Notes: generated by a model from the sequence alone, not told the origin. A stretch of 64,000 nucleotides of DNA from Amphiscolops sp. MND2022 (GCA_964187785.1 OZ076410.1:49848001-49912000), one strand, 5' to 3'; shown: positions 11,986 through 25,952, counted from the stretch's first letter. A program made the numbers and translations.

Positions 11986-14399
11986 CTAAAACAACGAACC
12001 ATTTGTTTCTTCTACATATAAATGCTGAGTTAGGATCGGGTTGATGTCGTTTTTTAATATGAAAAATTAAACATATGTAAGACCCTCTATTTTGAACTAC
12101 CTTCTAACATAGGACAGCCCTCTCAATGCAAGGCGTAAAAGCCAAAAACACTGCGCATTGTAAGAGAATGTGAAGGCAACAACCATAAATCTTTTTCTAA
12201 TCGAGTTTTATTGTTTTTTAAAATATCTGTTTTAAAATATCTGGAAATAATAAATAGTATTTCAGTCTTTTCTTTGAAGTTTCTGCTGAAAAACGAAATA
12301 GTTTCAGCAATTTTTCGAAAATTCGAAAACGTACAACTCCCCCATTTGGCAGAAAACAGGCGTAATAGGTACCTAGAACCTCAGTCTTAACTTTCTGTAA
12401 CGATAAGCAGTAATTGGCGCTTCTCGCGTCATTGAAGGTGGAGGAACCTATGAAATTGGTATGACCCCGGGAAAAACACCCATCGCGATAGGTCCATTTT
12501 GCCTCCCGAGGTTTAAAAAAATGTCCCGTCATGGAGGAAGTCCCGCTTCGTTAGAGTACCTTCCGACCTATCCCAGTCTGTGACTGCTGAGAATAACGCG
12601 AACTTGGCTGTTTCGTTTTCAGGACCACCGCTTAACCAAATTTTAAAAACTAGTGTTGGCGATAACCGATGAATTCCCTTTTGGCAGGTATGAGAACAGA
12701 ACAAGGATTAGCAGCTCACGAGGTAAGATATCAGAAAAAATAAAGACAGCAGCTCATGACAAATTACATTATTTTTGCCATAATACAGCGGCAAGAATGG
12801 GATCTCAAGCACCGTATGCAAAATCAATCCAGATGACTCAATTTAAGAGTTCCTCAGAATTAATAGCAACATGATAAGGGGACGCGAACAGCAATTTTTT
12901 TAGCAGTTTTCGCGTAATTAGCACTCGCTAATTGAGTGTTTTGGTGCGCTGTGTTCTTGCAAACGTTCTTGCTTTTCTTCGTCTTTTACCCGCTTTTGTG
13001 GCTCAGCCTTCTTCTATTTATGGGACTTGTACTTAGATCAAACATGCTCACTGCCATGCCAATATTGCGGGCAGCGTTACTTTCAGTGAAGTCGAATTTT
13101 TCAGATTACTTTGATTTGTGATGGTATTTTGTGTAATTTACTGCTGCAAAACTGATTCGATCTACAACCGTTTTTAGCCTCAAACCTGACTACTGTAACG
13201 TTTTCTTCCTTGTAACAGATTGTGTTGTTATCGCTGTCAAAAATCTGTAATTCAGAAACGCTTTAATTGAATTTATTATAAACTGACATTCTCGAACATT
13301 GTTTTCCTCCCTCACAAGTTCATTTGTGTAGTGGGAAGTAATTAACCATCTGTATTGCGTTTTTCTCCAATTTCTGCCCAATAGTCTCGACTCATCTAAA
13401 ATTTACTTCTTTTCTCGTTCTGTAAACTAGTTAGTTCAATTGTAGCTTACAAAACAGTTCAATTTTGTTTAAAGAACGCCGTGTTTCCCAAAGAGGTAAA
13501 CGCTTTCAACACATTCATGTACTCCCTCGCCGAACAGCGATTACCTTGCATAGTGGTAAGCGTGTGTGTCTGGAGAGTTCTTATGTTGGTGCGCAGTGCT
13601 GATCGAAAATTTCCTATAGTTTGCAGAGGTAGACAATGCCAAAATGTCTCCTCTCTTCAGGGTTTTTCTGGCGCTGTGCAGCATTTTTTGCTCCCAAAAG
13701 GTCGGTCATTTGTGGTTTTAAACGTTTTCAGCAAGGAAGTTGTCGCAGGCGGCCGCCTGCGATGGCAACAGGTATTAGATGGCCTACAACCATTATAACA
13801 CTCTCCCTGGTACGATCCCCCCTCGATTAAGGGGAGTGGACACGCTTTCCAAAAGACAATATGAAACTAAAACTCATTTTCCACTTTATCATTATTTTAC
13901 TGATGCCATTTTTTTAGTATTAATATTCGGAGCTATGAAGGAATAACCTTCATCTAATTTAGTCCATTTGTACTGTTAAAACATGCAATCACTTTAATAT
14001 AATTTCACATGTAATTGTACGATGCATTATTTGTGATTGGACACCAAAGCGTACAAGCAAAGGAAACGTTCAATTGTTTCTTTGCCTGTCGTCTTGGACA
14101 GCGAGTCCAAAGTGGATTTTAACCAATGAGAGATGAGCATCTTTATTATTGTGCTAATTGTGCATTTATATGAAGGCCGTACTCGGCCATTCAATTAATT
14201 GATGCGATGCATTACGGCTATGGAACCACCGGCCCAAATCAGATTAACAATATGAAAGTGTTGTGCTAATAAATGAATACGGCCCTTATGGCCTGTTGTA
14301 AACCGTTACCCATGATAAATGTAAACATCACAAGAATATACACGTTTAACCCCCCTTAACATCATTTCCAATACACCCAGTCTTACATATACATGACTT

Positions 14400-15213
14400 G
14401 TATAATTAATATGCATGTAGCGTTGCTAATATCTTTCCATACATGTAATACTCTCTGTTTGTCGTTTCTACCCGCCATTGTCGGCGCACATCATCTTTGA
14501 AGTTCTGACGTAATTTACTCAGACGGAGCTATTTTTAGCATCGGGTAATCTATTTTTGGAATAATGACCACGAACTTTTCGATAGTCATGCAACTAGTAC
14601 TATATATACCCGAGACTCGTGGAATGGGGGACACAATTTGTAATACTCTTTCGGTGCAACCTATCAAATACTTGTTACAGTTTGTTTGCAAGCCTGAGAT
14701 AATTCAAATCTTACCTCTTGCAATAGCCTCTTATGCCTACCACAAGAAAGCAGAAAGCGATAGCTAGGAAGTCAAGGGAAATGGACATGATGTCCGATTT
14801 TGAAAATATGGACTTTATGCTTAGAAATGATAACGCCAATGCTATCAAGCAAAAACTTTCAATTGTAATTGGAAACTCAGAAGATCATTGTGACGCAATC
14901 TAGAGAAAATGACCCTCATGAAAATGACTTCGGACACTTCGTCCATGAAAACATGATCCCTAGGCAGGAGTGGTTTCGAGAGACAATGGAAACTTTTACC
15001 AGTGAGTTTGACATGAGACTTTCGCAGGAAATGGACTCAATGATGTCCATGATGCACAGTCAAATAAATAGAGCAATCAACACTGCTATAGCTGAAAGAG
15101 TATTTCCAGAGATTCAGAACATTGTCAGTTCAATGTCATCTTTAGGGAATCGGGACACTGAGGCCAGTTCGTCCCCTAATAGTCAGGAGAATACTGAAAG
15201 GAACAGTGGGTTT
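14400..15213 (+). mobile_element. gag: Truncated long-LTR fragment carrying a gag N-terminus (MPTTRKQKA...), left end approximate
   Basis: ATG at 14733; homologous in protein (MPTTRKQK, ...INRAI..AI...V.P.IQN) and in the upstream GGACACAATTT motif to 63432-64000. Confidence 0.7.
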
Positions 15214-16009
15214 AACAGGGACAGTAGTCCTTACAGAAGTCGAGCCCAAAGTGGCATGCTTGGATTTTTCAGCACTGTGACATTCCCTTCCATTTCTCAA
15301 TAGGTTACTTTTTTTATTTTGTGTTCTTCGTGTGTTTGAAGCTTGGGAAGAGAGTTTTGCGGACCTGAAATCCCTGTCGAATAAATACGCACTGCCTTAA
15401 CGTTCTCAAGAGCCTCCCTCGAGCTTCTTTTAAAGTCTTAGCGCATTAGAGCCTCTGTAGCGGGTGCCTATATTGCGGCTTGTGCATAGCGTTTGTTGGA
15501 ATGAGGTTTGTTATTGGAATGCAATGTATTTACTTTTGTGCTCATTCTGTAAACTAGTTTGTTCAGTGGAAGCTGCGGCTTATAAAAGATTTCAACTTTG
15601 TTCATGGAACGCGGTATTTCCCAGAGAGGTTGCTTTCTGGCATTAATACAAGAAACTTTTTGCTGAAGCCCGGTGTTTTTTTCAAGACTAGCTATTCCGT
15701 TCGTAAACAAAAACTACGCTTAGATAAATTCTACCACAATACCATAGTTTGAACTTTGAATACCTTTTTTGTAGTGAAGATTATATGATTTTTTATTATT
15801 TTCAATACATCAGCTGAACACTGCAAAAACGATGAAAGTACATACTGGGCATTTAATAAAAGTAAAATAATTGCAACCAAAATTTTCTTGAATCTATTCA
15901 AAATGCATAATCATGATAAGCTCCGATAAAATGTTTGCATGAAAGATTTCCGCGCGGGTTTGTCAATTTTTCTCGATTAAAATGAAAAGCGTGAAATAAA
16001 AGCAATAAC

Positions 16010-16145
16010 CTATTTTGAGCTCATCACGAATCATGTATTTGTACCCAGTCGCTTTATCTGTGAATGATAGAACCGAATCTCGAGCTTCAATCCCTTTGGA
16101 ATTGGCATTGATGGTGACACACAACAACAACAACAGTTTCATCAT
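16010..16145 (-). CDS. Candidate exon 1 (signal peptide) of the Ig-like gene
   Basis: MMKLLLLLCVTINANSKGIEA signal-peptide-like start; AG|GTTATT donor in phase 1, compatible with the phase-1 acceptor at 11985. Confidence 0.5.
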
Positions 16146-16680
16146 CTCAGCCAGAGCTTTGCTGCCTGATGAAATAGATGCAACGTCTTGTTACTCAAAA
16201 TCACATCTTGAACTTTTAATGGCAACCACTGACAATAAAACCTGAAAAAACGACTCTCTTAGTTTCGCTGCATTGTGGATGCGGCCTAGAAAATCATTTC
16301 GCATATCGTTCTAGAAAATCATATCTTGATCATATCTTCAGAAGAGATTGGCAACCTCGAACAATTTTTTTGAACCTTTTTTGTTCTTTTTTGTTTTGCG
16401 ATTAATTATTTTTCTTCTATAATTTGTTCAAACTTTTCCTTTTATGCAGTTCACTTTGCAAGCACCTCGATGTATTTGAAGGGCTAAATAAAAAATCGCC
16501 GTTACGTTATTTGGTGGAATTTGTTCGTTATTTTCAACTGAGCAAAATTACTTTTCCTGTACCCTCGTTGGAAGTGCTTGAATTTTTTAGGTGTTCTGTT
16601 TAGGTGGAATTTTTTTTCTAAATTCATTATTTCTAAAGTTCTAAATTGTGGCTGTTCGCTATTTCCCATTTACCTGATTT

Positions 16681-17150
16681 TTCCAACAGAGGAATTTGAC
16701 CCAGAGACATAATATTTTCCAAAGTGGAATAATTGGAGTATTTTATTTTCTCAGAGAATCACAACGCGCTAGAAAATGCAAATCCCAAATTACTTAAATG
16801 CTCAGGCAAAAGGAAAAAGCCACGCGTCGGAACAACCGTCCTGAGCTAGAGAGAAAAAAATAGGATCTCAATTCAACGCGGAACACGGAAAAGGCAATAT
16901 CCCTTCTTTTCTCTCTTCCTTTTCTCGCTCTCTGAAATTAAGCTATCCCTTAAATTCGTCGGACAAAGCGTCCAGAATTTCAAATCATACATTTTAACAT
17001 TTCAAGTCTAAAACGTTCAAGAATTAGCAAAGTTTTCGAACCTGTAAACACCTCTGATAAAGTAACTTCCCTTAAAAACGACTTTTCGTGACAAAGTCAA
17101 AAAGCGAGTTCTAAACAGCCGAAATCTACCGGCTCATAAAATCTGGTGCG
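16681..17150 (+). repeat. Probable 5' LTR (ends approximate)
   Basis: Colinear with 25953-26400 (caacgcgcta...cccaaatt...gaacaac.gt.ctgagct...ctctctgaaatt...aagcgagtt). Confidence 0.55.
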
Positions 17151-17198
17151 ACAAAATTACACCGCACTTTGTACGACCAAAAACTAAGCGTACAAATT

Positions 17199-17854
17199 AA
17201 CAAGCCGGGACCGGCCCAAGTCGATGTCATAACTATAGCCCAAAAGTAGCAAAAGGACTTCCAAGTGTCAAAGTATTCTCTTCTACAGTACCTGAAAAAC
17301 CCAAAAAATTTGACCGAATTACTCCGCCAGTGCCTGCTAGCGGGCCCCCAGGGGGCTAAAAAGGGGAACCCCTCCGCATTATATAACATCCATTGTTGCA
17401 AAAAAATTGAAGGGGGAACCTTTGATGAACAATTTTTTTTCAAAAAAGTAAATTAGGGCTGAAAAACTGAAAGGGGACCCTTTAGTTTCTCCCGGTATTG
17501 TATGTTAGGCGGAAAAAAAGGAAACATTTTTGGTTATCATTACGATACACATCCCGGAAACGAACTAGCAGGATCCTGCTAGTTCGATTTTTGTCGAATC
17601 AGAGCGCAAATATTTTTTTGGAAGTTTTGCACTTGTTACACATTAGGCGCATTGATAGGACGTTACACTAGTTGACACAGCTTCGTAAACTTCGCACATG
17701 ATGGTCGCTGGGCCAAATGATTCAATTTGGGACCCTAAAATGTCGCAGAAATTTGGAGATCTATTTTGGTCAGATCATGTGAATTGGAAAAAAAACTATG
17801 AAGAAAGTGTCACTATAATAGTCGCGTTTCACCTAGTGAAGCTTCGACAGAAAA
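17199..17854. mobile_element. Non-autonomous Helentron/HINE-like element, copy 1
   Basis: Starts AACAAGCCGGGA; ends with ta(a/t)tagtcgcg...cgac hairpin plus A-run; homologous to 22492-23013 and 26543-26890. Confidence 0.55.
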
Positions 17855-18379
17855 TCTTTTTCCCGTGGTGATTCTCACCTTGCAAAACTGAAAATTTCGA
17901 AGCAAATTGTACTCAGAAAACTTTTGTTCCCAAACATTTTTAGATAAAGCGAAATTTATACATTAGTACTGAGTATTGATTCAACATTGCCCACTTACGG
18001 TATTAGCGTGTGCTGGTTCCGTGGAAGAAAAAGAATTCTGAGAAACTGCACTACCCCCGCGAGCTTTCGCGAGAACATGGAAAGCCCAAATTCCACCTGG
18101 CCTGCTGCCTTGGAATTTAGAATTTTCTGGAAATTCCGCGCTCTGGCCTAAACAAGAAGAAACTGTCCATTCTAAAGAGAAACAAATTGCCAAAAAAGGG
18201 TAGCGAGAGGAGCAGAGATATTCATTCTTTTGTTGAAATTTTTACACTGGTATTGGAAGAAGTTTTCACACGGAAACTCAGCTAAAAGTAATACCAAAAC
18301 TATAATCTACAATAACGAAAGGAGCAAAACAAACGAGATTAAAAAGATAAAAGGCAAATACTCTGGCGATAGAACTATA

Positions 18380-19090
18380 AAAATACATTGGAATTGACTC
18401 CAGTGAAGACCCAACAGCTTTTACTAGTTTTTTTAGAACACCGTTTAAACAGTTCATGACGAACGTAGAAAAGCACCTTTCACAGCGGACCTGTTTGACT
18501 CACTAGACGCTGCGTTAACATGGGAAGAAATGCTAGCACCATTAATAAACAAGTTAACCATTAGAAAAACGCAATATAATGGAGACGGAGAATTTGAAAA
18601 GACAACTTGACTAAAATATCAAACGGTAAACTAATAGGATGACAACGTTGGGACACAAATGTCAACACCGTCAAATGCCAGCAAAGTAGAAGCTATCACA
18701 GCGTTCAAAAAAAAGAGGATGGGGAATTCATAAGAGGTTTGATGCCTCCAGTTCATACACGAAAAGTCCTCTCAAGCAATGATTGAATATCCCAACAAAA
18801 CAAGGGACTCTTTATCAACTCTTATCATAAACAAAGATATGAGTGTAAATGTGGGTGCCGAAACGTCTGGATGCAATCTTCTGATTCCCATACCTCAACA
18901 GGGACAATCGACGCCTGTTTCACAGATATTGAAGAAACATTGAATGAAATCAACAACATTGTGTAAAATCGTTGAATCAGTAACACCTCTGACCCGAACA
19001 ACCTAAAAACGAAGCAAGATTTCACTAGAATTTGCAATTGTTGTACAAAATTAGGACACACGATGAAGTACTGTGGAACCTTGAAAAAGA
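18380..19090 (+). pseudogene. gag: gag remnant with CCHC zinc knuckle
   Basis: CNCCTKLGHTMKYC (C-X2-C-X4-H-X4-C) at ~19034-19075. Confidence 0.8.
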
Positions 19091-19349
19091 CGAACAAGAA
19101 CGTGGACAAACCTCCTCCCCAACCAATAGAAAAAGGATAAGGAAACATTTGTCCTCTGACAAAACCGCATCATAATGGGACAAACGATCGAGCGGCCAAA
19201 GAGACACAAGTCATAGTCCTTGTATTTAAAATGTTATTGATTCTGAATTAACATCAGCTTGGGAGCTGTTCGCAACGCAGCAAGGTCCTTACAAGGTTAC
19301 CTAACTTGTTGAAATCTTGCAGTCATGCACTCCTTGGAACTAATTAGGC

Positions 19350-22300
19350 CTCCAAACCAACAAAGTGAGGAATAAGTTGGAACACCTCAGCTCTAACTGC
19401 TGGAATGTCCGCGAACATTTATTTACAGAATTTTTTCAATACGCTGTCGAAGACGAAAATTTAAACAATGGCCTCAGCAGTTTTTCATAGATACTGGCGC
19501 AATTTGCTTCAATGTCAACAGTTAGAGTTTCACCGAAAGTAACGATTTTCAGCTTTTAGTTATTAAGTTTCTTGGGAACTCGACTTTGGCTGCTAATGGA
19601 TACCAAAAACCCATGAAAGGGAAAATTCCTCTTCAGTCTGCATTTGACGTACAATTTTCTCGCGTGATCGAACACATGGTTGATGTGTCTGATTCCCTGA
19701 GGCACGAATGAAAACTCTTGGAATGTAATACATAAGGATATGCCTCAATGTTGACGAAGGGAGCGGAGTGACCGAGCCATACAATAATTTGGATAGTTTT
19801 GATGAATTCATTAAATTGAGAAAAAACTCGCTAATTCTTTCCGTTTCCCCGCAAAGATGTCGAACTATCATGCTACTTAGACTACCTGTTTCGGTATTTG
19901 TTACAAAAGAACTCAGTAGAATTCACTCAAGACATCACAATTGCACTCTATTCCACCCGAGTTTTGAGTTTAGTTGCTAGAGATAGAAATATTCATTTGA
20001 TCAAACAAAGAACAAGCTTCCGTTGATACAAAGACATTTCAGACACTGTCATTTACGTGTCTTATGAGTAAGGTTCACAAGATGACTCGAAATATCCCCT
20101 AATGTTGAACAACCTGAAAACAAATAGTATCACTGTTCGTAGGGGAGCCCTTGGATACACATTACTCGACAGCGTCCGGAAGACCTCGCAAATGATAGTG
20201 TCGTTGACAAGGTCGTTTTCATTGAGTCCCTCGAAGTTCTGATTTTCATTGGAAGAAAAATTTACATGATTTTTCGATCGAACAGTGTATCTATTCGTTA
20301 ACAGAAATTGATTCGCGAAAACAAATGGCAATCGATGCTGTTTCGCAAAATGAATTGCCTCTGATGTGTCCAGTGGGGCGACGTCACTGCAATCAGAAAT
20401 GGTCAAACTTGCTTACGTTGTCAAACAGAAACAGCTCGACGACAAATTTAGTCATACTGAACAGACTTTCTAAAGAAAAAAAGCATTTTCCGAATCTGAC
20501 TTAAATGATCGTGAATTGTAACAGGTCAGAGTGTTGGTTGAAAACAACGGAGTATTGGCAAAAATTGCATACAATTTTCGGAAAAACAACATAAGAGTTT
20601 CATGTACAATTGGAGAAAATTTTTCTCTGCACTGCAGAGCTGCAGAAGTTGTTTTCAAATGAATCCCAAAGAGCTGGTATCATTCGATAAATGCGAAATG
20701 ACAAAAATGGGTTCCTTATCCACAAACCCTCTCTTCATTCTAGCAAAAAGAGATACTGTTACGCCAGTGATTGAGGAGCGCTACCGTACTCAATAACTAA
20801 TTTAACTACTTTGTCCAAATGCTACTGACCAGACTGAATCGTGTCTACTCCACCATGGTTGAAGTGGCGTCAACTTTTGACCAAGAACCCTCACTGAGGA
20901 CAGAAGAGATTGAAAAGTCTGGGTGGAAAACAATAGCAGTTTGAACGAGGATTCTTTGGCCTTTGTTCATCCCCAAATTTCCCAAATCGGATCATGACCA
21001 TTATTTCGCCGCAATTATAGACAAGAAACAACCAATGACAAAGATTAACGACGTTAATCTCCTAGCAAAAACTAAACAAGGAATATGGAATAATTTGGTT
21101 TCATACTTCAAACTGGTTACGATCATCGAGGCTGACTGCTGCACCGACCAAAACGATTTTTTTGAGGAAAGTACAGTTTTTTGGACAGAAAAGAAACCAT
21201 CCAGAGTCAATAAACAACATTTGAAAAATCTGAAAAGCCCTTGAAACAAAAGAGACAGCATCTCATTCAATTGGACAAAAGAACCCAGGGACTGGTTTCA
21301 ACACATCAAAAACAAAATCAAAGAAGAAACTGTCTGAGCTGTAACGAACACAAAGTATGCTTTCTACATCCATGTCGACTCCTCTAGCATTCGTTTTGGA
21401 TCCATCTTAACTCAGGATGTTTTTTTCCCGAGAAGCATTGTTTTTTCAGTTCTCGAGTTTTTACAAAGGATGAATTAACAAAACGTATGAGCATTTCGTA
21501 TTCGGTTCTCCGCGGCCTATCAAAATGTTCTTTGATCTCAAGCTGCTCTTCCATCTATGGGCACCCAACGGAAGATTATCTCAATTGTTCTTTCTCTACC
21601 AACTGATTACCACTCAGGTCACCAATTTACAAGTTATCTGGACTCCTGGAGAGAGTTTAGTTGTTAAGGGACTTTTTTCACAAAGTACTCTCAAAAGTAA
21701 CAAAATTGTTCTGCCAAAACCTAATAGGCCACAACAGCCACGCTGAATTTGTCAAAGATGACTTTTATACGATTATTTCTTTTCCCTTGAAGGAAACAAT
21801 ATAACATCACCTGAAAAAGGACGATACGGGATCTCATTTGTACCGTATACGACCCAAAATCACGAAAAGTGCTTTTCGATGTTTCTAGAATTTTCCATGA
21901 AGTCAAGGACATATCAACGTTCGACAAAAACGGAAAACCCACCAATGACTGTAGATGCCGACGTCCATGAAAACATTTTTAAATAAAATTGACACTGGAA
22001 CTGGCAATAGTAACAATGAGGCTTCTGACGAAATTCCTCTAAATGAAACAGTTACGCAAACATCTAACGAAGATATTAATTCCACTCTTTCCTTTTTTAC
22101 CATTTAAAACCAACAACCATCACTGAGAAAACAATAGATAACCTTGATTTAAACTTCACTTCGGCGAATCAACAAAACGATCCATTTCTGAGCACTGTTA
22201 GATCGTGGTTAACCGAAAGCAAAGTTCCTTCAGGAGCTGTTGAGTCAAAACAGTGCAAAGAATTGCTTGGTTACTCAAACCAATTTGAAAAACTGTTCAT

Positions 22301-23640
22301 TGTCAAAGAGACGCAACTTTTTTGGAGGACGATCAAGCATTCGCCACGACAGATATGTTCACCCCGCAACTGTTTCAATGAAGCATTCATTGTTGTACAC
22401 GAGCATCGGCTTTCAGGACTTCAAGGATGTGAAAAGACGCATTTTTCTTTAAAGGGTTTTCTATTGACCTTGACTGTGGGAATGAGTGTATAACAAGCCG
22501 GGAACGGCATAAGTGGGCGCCATATCTAACGCTCAAAAATAGCAAATGGACATGAAAGTGTCAGAAACGTTAAAGTATCAGACTCACGAAAAGGGTATCA
22601 AACTCCCGAAAAACCAAAACTGCGGAACGTCCGCTCCAGGTGCCCGCTAGCGCGGGCCCCTGACATGCTGAAAGGGGGATCCTTGCGCTTTTTTCTACAT
22701 TTATATGCATTGTTGCAAAACATCAAAAAATTGAAGGGGGATCTTTCGAGACACATTTTGTTTCCGAAAAAAGACTCACAATGCCGAATAAATCTAAAAG
22801 GGGACACTTCAGTCTCTCCTGGTTTTGTATGGTACGTGGCAAAACAGAAAAAAGGTTTTTGATTAAATACGCCAGGCCAAATGATTCAATTTGGGACCTT
22901 AAAATTTGGTAGAATTTTTATGTACTGTTTTGGTCAGTCCGTGTGGATTGAAGAAAAAGGGTCACTATTCACTGTAATAGTCGCGTTTCTCTCCATGAAG
23001 CGCCGACTAAAAATTGAAGAGCTGCCTGATACGTTCAAATAACAAACAAATCTGAAAGGATCAAAGCACCGCTCCTAACGAAGAAATAGGAAAACAAATT
23101 CCGTATCCCTTTAACACAATTCCCACGGATCATAAAGGGTCTATGAATCCGATGAGTGACGGAAAACGTCACTGTTTAGTTGTGATCGAAGCGTTCTTGA
23201 GACCCATACCGGTTTACCCAGTCCAATCGACTGACGCAAATAATGCCAACGAAGCAAAGACTTCTTTCATTACTTCGTTTGGTATTCTTCAAACACTTGT
23301 ATATGGTAGAAGTAAATCGTTCATGTGCACTTAATCACAAGCTTCCTATTGGATTTAGCTATACACATGCTCCAAGAACTGAATATTCCCCGTGAACGAA
23401 TGGCAAGGTTAAAATTCAAATCAAACAAATCAGTCGATGTTTCGGATACTGGCTTTCCGAAGCAGAAAACAGTTGGACTAACCTGGCTACACAATTCGCC
23501 TTTGCTCATAACACCTCAGTGAACGCTACTACCTGGAACACGTCCCTCTGAAGTTGTTTTTGGATTCAAACCACAAAAGCAAATTTTGTTGAAATTAGGT
23601 CTGGTGAGAGACGACAATGATTTTTGTCAACCCGATTTTA
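19350..23640 (+). pseudogene. pol: pol remnant (PR-RT-RH-IN), interrupted by a HINE-like insertion in the integrase Zn finger
   Basis: RNase H FYIHVDSSS..GSILTQ ~21360; HEHRLSGLQGCEKT ~22400; GSMNPMSDGKRHCLVVIEAF and FGILQTLVY ~23130-23310; PSEVVFGFKPQ ~23545. Confidence 0.85.
22492..23013. mobile_element. HINE-like element, copy 2
   Basis: AACAAGCCGGGAACGG start; terminal stem-loop agtcgcgttt...aagcgccgact (22979-23008) plus AAAAA; inserted inside the integrase. Confidence 0.6.
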
Positions 23641-25849
23641 GGCGATCCTTACCTGACCATTCTTCAACTTTCACCTGAACCCATGCTTTTTATTGAACAT
23701 TTGCTGTTCGCGACAACTGAACTTGGACCTTTTACTGAGTTTCCATCTTTCGACACCAGGCGCGCTGGAATGCACACCCCAAACCAAATGAAAATGATTT
23801 TGGATCATGTCATCCACAAATCTGCATCTGATACTTTGCTGAAGATGCCTAATTGGACTAGTTCGACTCGAATAACTCACTTCGAAAAAAACCTGGAACG
23901 TCTTTTTTCTGGTGAATTGGGATTTATTATCCAATGTTTCGGAAACAGTTTCGATTCCTTTTATCGGTAAAATTTGGTAATGATGATGTTGTCATCTTTC
24001 TTCGAGGCCTTCAGATCCGAAAAATTTCTGGTACTACGTCTTGTTTTGTCAGAACTATGTTAGGCGCAACCTTTATTCTGTTCGGTCTCTCACTGAAAAC
24101 ACCAAAGTACAGAAATGAAGAAACTCAAAGGGTTTCGAATTGTTTCCTTAGTATCTTACAGGCAATAGACCTTTACAAGCACCAAGGCATGAAAAACAAT
24201 CCGACTCTTCTGCATCCTCAAGTACATCTTGTGAACAATGCAATTGCGCGTATTTCTAATCCTAATGAAATACAAAGAACCGAATTGGAAGTGTTGATTT
24301 CAACGAGAAATGCTCTAATACGTGAAACACATTTTTATTTTACATTAAGTACCAACGGCGATAATAATACTGGAAATTCTCCAAATTTTTCTATCGTTGC
24401 AAATGCTTCTAGTTTCTGACATAAAACCAGTAATTGCTATGCTTCATTGCTCCCATTATAGCTTGTACTATTTCACATGAGTTTAGAGAAAATCTACTCA
24501 TTTTGCGTTCTAAAATTATATGTCCGCAGCCTACAACGTTAAAGTTAATTCCCAATGATAAATGCCCCGCTAAGGTCAACTCTCGCTCCTGAAAAAGAAA
24601 GCGAATCAACCTTTGTTTTTCCAAACCCTTCAGACACGCTAACAAAAGAATAAAAGAATAGCGTCCGAATAACGCCGTCTGCAAATTAGGCCACAAAAAG
24701 AACAAGACTAGAAAACAGTGTTATTTTTTAGCTTGAAGAGACTCGGTGATGGAAAAATCAAGGAACTATCGTGTGTGTCAATGCGTCTCGAAAACGGGTT
24801 ACCGAAAGAATAAATATCTTCTAAGCCCGAGAACGATTCAAAAATTTAGACAAGTGAACGTCGATCCTTCCTTTGTTACAATCCTCAAAGATGGCATCAG
24901 GAAGGATCATAATGAATGGTTCCTTTCGACACCTCAATTTGAAAACTCAGCTTGTAAATCGAAAACTCAATATTTCGATTCTCCTTCATCTCAAAAGTTG
25001 TCCCTCGGAAATATTCGATTACCCCAAAAAAACTGAAATTATGGAGAATGAAAGATCCCGAAGAAAAAAATTATGTGATATGTAACCACATCAACGATGC
25101 ACTCATTAAAACTCCCTTTGGTATCGTAACTGCTTTCCCAGACAACCCAAATCCTGTAATCAACGACACTTCGAGTGTATCTGCCTAATGGATTAGTATC
25201 TCCGATGCGCGAGACACTCAGATTGACCATACACGTAATTTGCGCCAAGTAAACGAAACATCAAATGTGGCATTGCAGACCAAACTCTAGGTACGGACCG
25301 ATTTCTCACATTCAATTTGAACAGCTGCTCTATGGCACACTAAAATTGGTTTAGGCTAATGTGAGAAGCAAACCAGAAGTCTTAACATTGAGTAATGTTT
25401 CTATAATGATGCTTTACAATCTGCCAATGGGCCACGAGCGATGACCAACGAAAATGCCAATAAATTGGAATCCAACTTAGAAATATCCAAGAAAATTACC
25501 GAAGACTTATTCGGCAAGAATAACGAATTAAAACCATTACTCGAAAAAACGACCTCCAAATCGGAGTCACGTCAAACGGAATTACTAGAAGCAAACAAAT
25601 CGAACGTTCTCTTGAAAGAAGGGCTCGATGCATTCGACGTAGCCAACAAACGATTCAAAGAAAAAATTGACAAGAACGATTTGGAAATGAATAAGAAAGC
25701 AGTAGTCGAAACAATGGTCAAACAGCTTGAAAAACCAATGACATCTCCGAACAGTTATGAACAAACTAAGTTAATCGTCTTCACACGCTATTATTTGCCC
25801 TAATTGCTCTAACTCTTGAGTTGTTCATTTTTAGGCAAACTAACTCATA
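23640..25849 (+). pseudogene. Third ORF downstream of integrase (unknown; coiled coil then hydrophobic C-terminus)
   Basis: Successive sense ORF fragments 23617-23970, 23934-24419, 24746-25036, 25441-25803; shifted frame ends LHTLLFALIALTLELFIFRQ. Confidence 0.55.
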
Positions 25850-25952
25850 ATTTATTTACTACCATTTTCCACTCAATATTTTGTATCGGTATTACGACTA
25901 ATTCTTCTCTGTAAACTGACGTGAGTAGTAGCAATGCGCGAATTCCATCTTA

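Noticed and set aside
12500-13420. Additional exons of the Ig-like gene (e.g. DSDNNTICYKEENVT segment)
   Set aside because: Candidate splice sites do not give phases compatible with the flanking exons
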